NCBI GenBank assembly: GCA_000092065.1
Contig: CP000582.1
DNA from: Ostreococcus lucimarinus
Taxonomy: Eukaryota
Reading direction: 5' to 3' (one strand)
Length of the DNA stretch: 64,000 nucleotides
Within the stretch, counting starts at the first letter, position 1, and each line of letters opens with the position of its first letter. Position numbers and translations under genes: made by a program. The notes under the pieces are model-generated. The model was not told where the DNA came from and searched no databases. It saw nothing but the letters and a program-made list of their open reading frames with translations. Below are positions 55,601 through 64,000 of the stretch, in pieces.

Positions 55601-57878
55601 AAAATTTTTCCAACTCGTGCAAACTGATTTCTTCCTGGATAAACATTTGTGCATGTTTAAAAGCTCCGCTTTCGTTGATGCTGATCAAAGCTAACGCAGT
55701 ACGACATGCGAACTCAATTGAAACCGCTAGGCGCAAGTATTCAGCATCAATTGCGCGCGCAACTTTCAGTAAGACATCATGATACACTTGTATTATTCCC
55801 GACTGTCCACACACCGCACATGCGCGGGTACGACACTGTCCAGATCCATGCGACACAGGAGGGAACATAACTTGGAGAAGATCAGAAACAGCTGCGATAT
55901 GCGCTGAGCTATAATTAATTCGCAACTTTTGCCAATCACTGAGCACTTCGATTGCGAATGTGAACAATGCGCTTTTCAACTGATGCCTCAAACACATGGA
56001 AATATTTGAACTGTCCCAAAATAGACATTCCTCAATAATTCTGATCAATATCTCGACAGTTTTCTCACGCTCTACTAATTGGGGAATGAAAGGTTTGAAT
56101 GTTTCCTTGTTTCCTGCAAAGCTGGTTGAGATTTCGGCATAAAGTACCAATATTGCTTTGAAAGGCATTTCAGACGTTCCGTAGTGATGCGATTCACTTA
56201 ACAAGAGTTTGACAGCATTTTCTTTTGACGTTTTGTGCAAGTGGTGGAATAGAGTTTTGATTCGACCATGTCTTTCGCCGCTTGTGTTGACTTCATTTGC
56301 TTCGAAACCACCCAAATGATCGCAACACCGCAAAGTTGTCCTGTAAAGTGCCTCTGCGGCTTCTTGGTGTCCTGTCTCGGCGCACTTCTGTGCAAGCGTG
56401 TGGATAGATCTACGTGTGGCTAAAGTATTGAAGCCATTCAAAAGCACGAGTTGACTCAAGGTGTGCATCGCAATCGAATCGTGTGTGAACTTGTGTTCCA
56501 AGTTATTCGTCTCGAGCTGAATGGCAAGCAGAGCGTTTGATAAGCATAGACTTGGCAATGCAGCACAGAAAGCATGGGGTGTTGTATCAATTTTCAGGCT
56601 ATACTCTGCAAGCTGCGCTCCGATTATAGCGAACTGTCGTATTTGGCATAAGAAGTCTGCGGTGCAATTCAAGTCTGCAGCACCTGCATCATATGCAAAG
56701 CGTTGGACTTCTCGTGCAAGTAAACAAAATGTGTGAAACAAATACTGAGGGTGGTCCAATTCTAATGCTCGTGAAAGCTCAACATTTGCGCACGCCAGTT
56801 CGCGCGACAAAACATTCTGATTGGACCGCAGAGTAAAATGAAGTGCAGTTTTTAGGGTCACAAGAAGCCAAGGTTCAACAGCACTTGGCAACATCGTATC
56901 AAGAAGTCGGAGGGCCTCAGCTTGAGTATCTGTTTTAACCGCTTGCTGCATAAGCTGCTTATAAATTGAAAAGAGCATGTCTTGCGTCATAAGCGCTTGC
57001 ATACGCGTCAAAGTTTCTCTTGAGATATCCTTGGCGCTACTATAGCATACAAGTTTCGTCGAAACTTGGAGCAAATATTCTTTGTTAAAGGTAGAGTTTT
57101 CCAGACAAAAGAGTATGACTTGAACAAATTTCTGCCGCGTATACATGGCCTCAGAAGAATTAGTCAAGCCTGATATCACGATGAAAGCTTTCAAGGCACT
57201 GTTTGTAAAACTGCGAACATATTTATCGGCGAAATCCCCAGACTGAGCAAGAACAAGTTTGAGGACAGGCTGCATGATGTTTGATACCTGTAGATAACCG
57301 TCCACCAGAATTTCCCTTCTATCTGGACTTGCTATCAGCGCGCTGATCAAATTCAAAACCAATCCAATAACCATCGTCACAAAAAGTTTATCTCCTCGTC
57401 GTTCGCCACAAATTTTCTCTACTTGAGATAGATCAAAGTTCTCAGTGCGCAACTGTTGAAAAAGATCTTTGAGTAACGCCCAGCAGTTGTGGATTGTCTT
57501 GTCATTTTCATGTAACGCGGCTAATCTTCGGATCAAAGTATATCGCAGACCAGAAATATTATCATCGTCGCCAGGTTTTCTCAACACCCAGAGCACATCA
57601 CACAGTTTTTCAGCAGCTGCCAAAAAACGTTGACGCTGTGACTTTGATTGTAGCGAAGTGCCAGCCAATAGCTTCAACGTGTCTTGTACTGCAGTAAACA
57701 TGTCTTGCATAAGATGATCTGATAGTGTCTGCAACTGCGATCGGTCTACTCTGATGAGTAAGTTGCAAGCTTCTGTAGTGAGAGCCTCAAAGTTCAGACA
57801 AGCTTTTCCGTATTCTGCTTGAGTGTGCGCGGCGGAATACTGACGGACAAGCCTTGCTATCTGTGCGTGCGAGTCCAT
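52626..57878 (-). CDS. ESP1: Separase (Esp1, peptidase C50), intronless 1750 aa
   Basis: The C-terminal caspase-like domain has the catalytic dyad ...FYLYFGHGGGQDIL...ATVLMGCSSGVYD.... A long N-terminal helical/TPR-like region is typical of separases. Confidence 0.85.
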   Translation of the reverse strand: MDSHAQIARLVRQYSAAHTQAEYGKACLNFEALTTEACNLLIRVDRSQLQTLSDHLMQDMFTAVQDTLKLLAGTSLQSKSQRQRFLAAAEKLCDVLWVLRKPGDDDNISGLRYTLIRRLAALHENDKTIHNCWALLKDLFQQLRTENFDLSQVEKICGERRGDKLFVTMVIGLVLNLISALIASPDRREILVDGYLQVSNIMQPVLKLVLAQSGDFADKYVRSFTNSALKAFIVISGLTNSSEAMYTRQKFVQVILFCLENSTFNKEYLLQVSTKLVCYSSAKDISRETLTRMQALMTQDMLFSIYKQLMQQAVKTDTQAEALRLLDTMLPSAVEPWLLVTLKTALHFTLRSNQNVLSRELACANVELSRALELDHPQYLFHTFCLLAREVQRFAYDAGAADLNCTADFLCQIRQFAIIGAQLAEYSLKIDTTPHAFCAALPSLCLSNALLAIQLETNNLEHKFTHDSIAMHTLSQLVLLNGFNTLATRRSIHTLAQKCAETGHQEAAEALYRTTLRCCDHLGGFEANEVNTSGERHGRIKTLFHHLHKTSKENAVKLLLSESHHYGTSEMPFKAILVLYAEISTSFAGNKETFKPFIPQLVEREKTVEILIRIIEECLFWDSSNISMCLRHQLKSALFTFAIEVLSDWQKLRINYSSAHIAAVSDLLQVMFPPVSHGSGQCRTRACAVCGQSGIIQVYHDVLLKVARAIDAEYLRLAVSIEFACRTALALISINESGAFKHAQMFIQEEISLHELEKFCRVFEEHLNAKSSDGVRRMFEAIQDICEKLNTLGSTHLSNRLRHFICPETTSHVAAILLAPIPAPCLLLSLHRHRPWQRRISKTCSAHQGRSKLLLAGVAAERGHISEAFSYVEIALSSLRNCLSSYHDSVKEVTGEASICDPKVSYFFVVGTYISALCTKATICAEIGMVSSSLHAFDEALKLSRRVCSHALQGAVHLRKAGTYQRLGRLTEARDELLTYHEVIDGALFRRTQESIFDTRMDVYAKVLSSIIECSCCENEHKSEFRGTNISRVRETIAEISAVVHRRAESRGCQVNAHVDHLQHSLCASLLGPFRSIYARLLYLGVLTPSDDPDTDTSFSLLGALLKDCRNYEPILVALSLSCELKLDFSIVLPLDMPRPGLDSRSPAVCMSIEMRNKVMELLWRCRDTPIILWELQSRLLSLMISDHTQSPCKVASGLQTCYGAVTRSQYLALLTLKTVKWLQCDEAFVRKMRKMKCDQFPQFASAVQCLQVSREEIAELAGVDNALGEKCRQTAITGSPVLTIGIVKCTHTDNDNRRDKLIISRVSGVDGSALCVQIANPFLSEIFHNFSRIIKEQKNLPTSVDSRSSKIVWWEKRLQLDASLRKILSQLDIDVLGAWRVLLLGDLVLQQQQQLRDLYDELMSRLRILASKLDLQLVASASQLLRLLIHGLDCMTDDEFRLALSSLLLNPCEHKSAPVCLVLSSDKQSVLQKISTCEHVADMVTFARKYLAELKRTTSLTNAGCFLQRSAVIVSLDDVTRHFTWESLDSLNNQRIYRTPSVAIAQSIADFQSNTRHAKNISSTFFVLNPTGDLLGTQQQLEPLLTKAGWDGVSGTSPTASELIQSLQSFDFYLYFGHGGGQDILKTGSFQDASICTATVLMGCSSGVYDIMECSSLSSISMLYLLAGAPIVIANMWDVTDRDIDRFSSRLLEQWLSYSMNESPEFQCASDAVRVARYACQLKYLVGAAPIIYGVPTSICRTQELKYRC

Positions 57879-58247
57879 CCCGACTGTGGTACTCTACTCG
57901 CGCATATCTAACTCCATTCTTTTCTCTTTTTCGCTGCTTCCTTTCAGCAGTGACGGCGTTGCCCGAGAGCTGTTTTTTTGAATTCCCTCGCTTGCTCTGG
58001 TGCGCGCTCTCGGCGGTTATCTCTCTCGTTCGAGAGCCGGTGCTTACTGGCGTGAGAACATATATTAACAATCTCTAGTACTATATATTGTATATTTCCA
58101 CTTTTTCGGGTAAATCATGTTATCTCCGCTTTAGTAAAAAAGAGGAGCACATCCACCTGCCATACATATAATGTGGCAAGATATGTCAAACTTTGCCTTT
58201 CTACGTTGGGATTTTGAATCGCCTGTTTTCGAGTAAATTGAACGATA

Positions 58248-58879
58248 TCAAACGGTGTACCGATCCTTTGCCCTACGCTCCAGTCGAATGGCATCATCGT
58301 GTACCATGTACCCGATTTTCTCACTTTCAGGGATGTCCAAAATGTCTTTCAAATGTCGACCAATAGCTACCTGTTCAGGTTCGCTTGACGCTGTCTTTGT
58401 CCACAAGGCGATTCGATGCTGCTTCTGCCGCACACTGATGACGGCTCCGCAAACTTCGGTGGTTTCACTGAATTGCTCGCCAATCATACACAAAAGAAGA
58501 TTCAACCAACTTTCGTCAAGCTCTTCCCCATCTTTCTGCTTTGGGACATAATATGTCCATTTGCCACCTTTTGCGCATGTCTCATCTTCCCACTTTGGCT
58601 CGATGCCCTCCTTGAACAAATGAAAATCCGTACCCATGATTAATTTGGAAGGTGTAAGGATGTTGTTGTACAGACACCAAAAGTCTTCCACAGTGTTGAA
58701 AGTATATACACTCCGAAGTGTTTGTCCCCATGTGGTCTGCTTCTGGCGACTGTGTGCTTCATCATCAATTCGGAATAACTAATTTGATGGAATGTGACTC
58801 ACCCGTTTGGATTATCAAACCACAAAGTCCACGTGTGTTCGAGGGGGTGCTTCGTCATTTGTTTGAAACCCTCGCTCAT
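58248..58879 (-). CDS. EIF4E: Translation initiation factor eIF4E, 2 exons (intron 58743-58802)
   Basis: Exon 1 reads MSEGFKQMTKHPLEHTWTLWFDNPNG. Exon 2 reads KQTTWGQTLRSVYTFNTVEDFWCLYNNILTPSKLIMGTDFHLFKEGIEPKWEDETCAKGGKWTY...VCGAVISVRQKQHRIALWTK.... The cap-binding Trp residues are conserved. Confidence 0.85.
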
Positions 58880-59220
58880 GTTCGCTCTCGGGTTCGCACG
58901 AGCCCGGGATATTTGACGATATATGTGTACGCGCGCGTGGCGTAGCGGTCTACGTAGCTGTAGAGCGTTCCTGAGCAAACACGGGGTGCGGCGAGCGCAA
59001 GTGTCGGATCTTCCCGAGAAGGGACATACACGACCTGCGTTGCCAACTCTTTTTACACCACACTCTGTACTCAAACGTGAACTCCTCACAACTGATTAGG
59101 GTTTCATCGAAGTGTTTATTTTACACAAATAATAAAAATAAATAAACGAAGAGAGACGCGTCGCGAACCCACGCACGGTTCGCTCGTAGTTCTGCATCGC
59201 CGTGCAAACACACGCGCGAG

Positions 59221-62200
59221 ATGTCGCCGGGCGACGAGGAGTTCGTGCCGCTGGGTGAAGTCGAGGATGACTTGGTCACTTTCGACGAGGAGGTGAGCTT
59301 TCGCTGTACATCAAACAATTCCAGCAATGACGGTCGTTCACTAACAGGCGGCAATGGTGACTCAAGATGAGCAGAAAGCAGAGCTATTGGAATTAAAAGC
59401 GGAGGGAGAACTTCCACTAGATCAGCTACTTCTTCGATACGGAATTCAGCACGCGATTGATAAAGGGGGCAACACGAAGCAAGAGTCGAGGGAAACAGGG
59501 GCAGCTCGACAACCAACAGTTTCCTTGCGCTCCTTAAAAGTGGAGCCCCAGGCAGTAGCTGACAATACTGTTGCGTACAACGAAGCGGTATCCATCGCAG
59601 CTGAAATCACCAGTGAAGAGAACATAATACGTAGCTTCGAAAAGTTGTTGCACAAGACGGAATCGACAAAACCACTCCCACATTTTCCAGAGCCAACGAA
59701 AACGAAAAGTCACTGGCTTCACACGTTGGAGGAAATGTCTTGGCTTTCAGGCGACTTTTCGCGAGAGCGAAAATGGAGGTAAGGAATTCTAAAACCCGAC
59801 AATCTCACGTTTTAAATAAATAATTGACGCTAGGAAACGTTCGGCTTTGAAGGTGGCAACAACACTTTCAAAAATTCGTAAACGAGAAGTTCAAACCGAC
59901 ATGAAAAAGGCACACGAAGAATTAGTACTAGCCCGTAAGACGGCAAAAGCAATCGCAGGGTCTATTCTCACATTTTGGAACAAGGCTAACAAGGTATGCT
60001 TCGAAATTTGCCGCTTTTTTATCAACTCAGATGGCGTTTAGGTATTGTCGTTGCAACGCCAAGCAGCCGACGCACAAGCGCAGAAGATGAAGCTCGACGC
60101 ACAGTTAGGTATAAAACTTACACCTGTCAGAAATTTCACGCCTTACATATCAGTAGATGAGCTCGTCAAGGTCACAGAAGCCTACTCAGCGCGACTCGCC
60201 GCAAAGTTGAATACAAATCAGCCTTTTCCTTGCTACGGTGGAAACGTACGCACAGAGCAAAAACATAACATTGAACCTTCTATTGGCAGTGGATCAAACC
60301 TTTCTGTTCAGACTAGGAGTAACTGTTCTTCTACTGATATACTAGACTTTTCATTGCTCAAACATAGTTTACGTGACTATCAGCTGGAGGGTGTCAGGTG
60401 GTTAAGAAATTGCTATATCAATAATTTGAACGTACTATTGGCAGATGAAATGGGCTTGGGTAAAACTATTCAGACTATCGCTCTTCTTTCTATGCTCGCG
60501 ACCGAGTTTGGAAACTGGGGACCACACTTGATTGTTGTACCCACATCTGTTATGCTCAACTGGGAGGTTGAATTTAAGAAGTGGTGCCCAGCTTTGAAAG
60601 TGTTCACCTATTTTGGTTCTGTTCGCGAGAGGCGTTTGAAGCGGCATGGGTGGAGTAAGCCGAATAGTTTCCACGTTTGCATAACTTCTTATCGCATTGT
60701 TACTCAGGATCAGAGTATCTTTCGACGTAAAAATTGGGAGTATCTAATACTGGATGAGGCCCACATGATAAAGAATTGGCGATCACAGCGTTGGCAAGTA
60801 CTCTTAAATTTTAGTACGAAGCGTAGGCTCTTGATCACTGGCACTCCACTGCAGAATGAATTGATGGAACTGTGGGCGCTGATGCACTTTCTGATGCCAG
60901 ACTTATTTGGATCTCACTCTGAATTCAAAGACTGGTTTGCGAATCCAATGAGTGCTATGGTGGACGGCACTCAGTCGGTAAATGAGTTGATAGTTACCCG
61001 TCTACATTCTATCCTCCGACCATTTATTTTGCGTAGGTTGAAAATGGACGTCGAAAAGACGCTTCCAGAGAAACACGAACACATCGTGAAATGCGTCCTA
61101 TCCCGCCGGCAAAGGCGCCTGTACGAGGAGTACATATCCTCTAACAACACACTCAGGACACTAGCAAGCGGGAACGTCATGGGTGTGATGAACTGTCTCA
61201 TGCAGCTTAGAAAGGTTTGCAATCACCCAGACTTGTTCGCCGGAAGGCAGATATGTAGTCCATTTGATGTGAAACATGTATGTTGGCTATCATATTTCGT
61301 GTTGCTCACGAGTGCGCGCCTCAAATCGGCAAGATGCGGGATTAATCTTCGACTCAGTGGACCAAATGTGGCCGGCAATGGAAAAGAATTGAACCGCTAT
61401 AGATCGCGAGATCGAATTGAAGAACAGCATAATGTCGGCACTTCTTTCATGGAAAATATCGTGCTTCCATTATCAGAAGTACGAGCCGAACGCACAACAT
61501 TTCAAGCGACAAGTCTATCATTTTATGCCGCTCAAGCTCTACTGTCCAATATCACGGCACATACACGTTACGCAACAACTATATTCCCCAAAACAAAACA
61601 TCTATCACAGTTCGGTAGAATTGGCCAATTAGCTTGGTTTGAAGACTCAGCTGTCATAGATAATTTGATTCGCTTCACATTTATTATCCCAAATGTGAGA
61701 TCAACAACGCCATCCGTATGGTCTCTCAATGAATCAACACACTCTAGTGGTGGTCGATTTGAAGAATGCGCTCTCGGTCTTATGGCCCCAATCAGGAAAT
61801 TCGTCGCCAGGCAAAGTATGTTCGTTCCAGATAAACGCTTAGTACAGTTCGATTGCGGTAAATTGCAGATTTTGGCAACACTACTCCGAAAGCTGAAACA
61901 GGACGGTCACAAAGCATTGATATTCACCCAAATGACAAAAATGCTGGATGTATTAGAAGCATTTCTGAACTTGCACGGCTACACATATTGTCGCCTTGAT
62001 GGTAGCACCGGTGCTGAGCAGCGCCAGTTACTCATGCAACGGTTCAATAGCGATAAAAGACTTTTTGTCTTTATTTTGTCAACACGTTCCGGCGGATTTG
62101 GTATCAACTTAACAGGAGCAGACACCGTTATTTTTTATGATTCTGATTGGAATCCGGCGATGGACCAGCAAGCTCAAGATCGCTGCCATCGTATCGGTCA

Positions 62201-62588
62201 GACGCGGGAAGTGCATATTTACCGTTTGATAAGCGAAGGGACAATTGAAGAGAGTATACTTCAGAAAGCGGTCCAGAAACGTGAATTAGACAACATGGCG
62301 ATCCAATTGGGCAATTTCAATACGACGTCATTCAGTACACAGCAGGCACATTCGCAACAACATGCTGTCTCTGGTGAGACTTTGGAAAATGAGGCTATGT
62401 TTGAGCAAAAAAGATTTGAACGAATACATGATGTTGCAGCGCTAGGGGAGAGCGCTGCCGCCCACACGACTGAAAATACTGTAGACGAACACTACAAATC
62501 ACAACTACAGAGTGAAGATACGTTTGACCTGCAAGCACTCTTACCAGTTGAAAAGTATGCGCTCCTCAAGTGCGCTGCACAAAGTTGA
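59221..62588 (+). CDS. SWR1: SWR1/SRCAP-type SNF2 chromatin-remodelling ATPase, 4 exons (introns about 59293-59347, 59780-59833, 59994-60041)
   Basis: An HSA-type N-terminal (...KTKSHWLHTLEEMSWLSGDFSRERKWR...). An ATPase with LADEMGLGKTIQTIALL...HLIVVPTSVMLNWEVEFKKWCPALKVFTYFGS...LILDEAHMIKN. A long insertion typical of the SWR1/INO80 split ATPase. The helicase C part reads ...ALIFTQMTKMLDVLE...CRLDGST...VFILSTRSGGFGINLTGADTVIFYDSDWNPAMDQQAQDRCHRIGQTREVHIYRL. Confidence 0.8.
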
Positions 62589-62816
62589 GTGTGAGAAACC
62601 GATGCGAGAGTGTGAGAAACTCTCAGAGTGATGCTTCGATCCATGTCACTTTGAGAGCTCGAAGCTCGAGTTTTATCTCTCAGAGTTTTCAAGATATGCT
62701 TTGAATTACATATAACTATAAATGGTTTCTATATGTACCCAAAGATGTTCACTGTTCTACTGAGGTTCTGGACAAAAGTAAAATATATATCTCCATGGAA
62801 AATACCAGTAATCACT

Positions 62817-63850
62817 TACCTGATCTGTTCATATTCAATCTCCCGTTGTAGACGGCGCTGGCGGATTTTCCGCGGAGTTTTGGTTTCTGGACTTCCCATT
62901 TTCCTTGTTCCCTGTCGCAGAGAGAAGCGTTAGATACAATCCAATATTTTTGCGAGTCTGGCCTACCTCTAAAGCATGTGAGTATCTAGCCGTAGAAAAT
63001 TGGTAGCTAGATTCGTAGACGCCAGCGTTCAATCGTTCCTACATATCGTTTCTCAAATTCGCGCCGTCATAACCTGGAGTAAGGCATACCAGCAACTCAT
63101 TTTCAATACTCGAGTCCAAACGCGCCGCCACTTGAGCCTTGTTTTCACGAAAGTTAATATTCGTATGCAAATTGTGTGCGCGAGAGACTTTACCTTACTT
63201 TCCGCTCTCGCATCGCGCTGTGTATGTCGTGCTGGCATTGTTTGGATTTTTTCCCTAAAGTCAGAGTAAATGAACTCGTCACGAACCAGTTGCACCTGAC
63301 TCACCTCCCAACTTTTTCTAATTTCCTTGAACGTATGAGTAGCTGAGTCAACTTTGTCAGACGTTGCTTGCTCTTGTGAACTAGAAACTTTGGCCTAATC
63401 CGCTTATCACGATCCTGTTCAAACGTTTCGGAATTTACTCACCAATGTCTCAGAGAAGAGTTTATCTGTTCCAGAGCTTCCGCATATTTGGGACTGAGTT
63501 CCGTCTTCTCCCACAACTTTGAAGGCATATGTGAACGCTCTACAGTCTTTGTGTATAGGTTGAGGATGCCTAGTTGAGTAAGTGAATTTCAGAACTTCAC
63601 AGTTCGCTAAGAGTAGCTCACCACACTCTTCTCGAATCGTCGCGTACTGACTGTTTGAAAGTGGACAAGAACTTCGGTTGCACATTCCAGTCAAGCTAAA
63701 TTCATTCCGACAAAAATTGGACGTCTCTGATGTAGCCCTATAGCTACATTGTCCATGGTTAATGATCTGTGTTATAGTATGGATGACGGGAAGAGTAGGA
63801 TCAAAAGTATCGTGCGGGCGCACCTGCCAAACTACTTCGTCACTTTGCAT
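62817..63850 (-). CDS. MAK16: Ribosome biogenesis protein MAK16, multi-exon. The exon joins in the middle region are not fully resolved.
   Basis: Exon 1 reads MQSDEVVWQ|[47 protein letters not shown], matching the MAK16 N-terminus ([27 protein letters not shown]). Then |...[39 protein letters not shown]|[21 protein letters not shown]... The C-terminal exon ends ...[13 protein letters not shown] with the conserved MAK16 EIEYE tail. Confidence 0.65.
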
Positions 63851-64000
63851 GGCTTTCGCCAAAGAGGAGAGAGAAGCGCGCGCAGCGGTAGGCTTATATA
63901 TATTCGACGGTATCGACCGATCGGCCAGCGAGCTTCGCTTGTCGTCGAAGATTGACTCGCCAGTACAACCTGCACTCAAAAGACGAGAACGTGCGCGGCG

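Noticed and set aside
62835-63032. ORF beginning [27 protein letters not shown] on the minus strand (ATG at about 62899) as a separate small gene
   Set aside because: The conserved ...EIEYE tail and the position fit the C-terminal exon of MAK16. The apparent GTAAGT after it is just the TAA stop codon. No downstream exon stays in frame.
1-64000. Interpretation of the window as a prokaryotic or phage locus with operons, defence islands or a CRISPR array
   Set aside because: Spliceosomal GT-AG introns are ubiquitous. Genes are eukaryote-specific (separase, coatomer, THOC2, SNW1, SPT4, eIF4E, HDAC, KIN17, MAK16). There are no Shine-Dalgarno-linked co-directional clusters and no CRISPR-like spaced repeats. 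The only short tandem repeats are microsatellites.

Overview
This is eukaryotic nuclear DNA, not a prokaryotic locus. Genes sit on both strands with gaps of about 0.2-0.5 kb between them. Many coding regions are interrupted by very short GT-AG introns of about 45-75 bp, while several very large genes (separase, THOC2, coatomer gamma, RPA2, ArgRS) are intronless. Overall GC is about 47-50% (estimated by eye) with no strong third-position codon bias. I recognise about 35 protein-coding genes, nearly all housekeeping: a Pol I subunit, HisC, YchF, THOC2, IMPDH, PanB, COPG, a PiT phosphate transporter, LOG, KIN17, SNW1, ArgRS, S1P lyase, SPT4, SufE, a class I HDAC, a V-ATPase proteolipid, a KEA-type antiporter, TyrA, IleRS, UTP6, separase, eIF4E, a SWR1-type ATPase and MAK16. 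Gene content and intron style fit a compact protist genome, possibly a stramenopile or oomycete, though lineage cannot be fixed from sequence alone. The most unusual items are: (1) a 1.4 kb Tc1/mariner/IS630-like DNA transposon remnant with perfect 25-30 bp terminal inverted repeats, TA flanks and an HTH-only transposase ORF, just downstream of THOC2; (2) an atypical 432-aa P-loop NTPase with a dynamin-like DLPG motif at unusual spacing; (3) an RWP-RK domain gene that may be fused by a cryptic 41-nt intron to an upstream ORF; (4) a 2.4 kb unidentifiable gene; (5) a 1.7 kb stretch with no recognisable gene; (6) tandem ACGT-core motifs in a bidirectional promoter; (7) strongly 5'-biased intron positions. 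No rRNA, tRNA or CRISPR was detected by eye.
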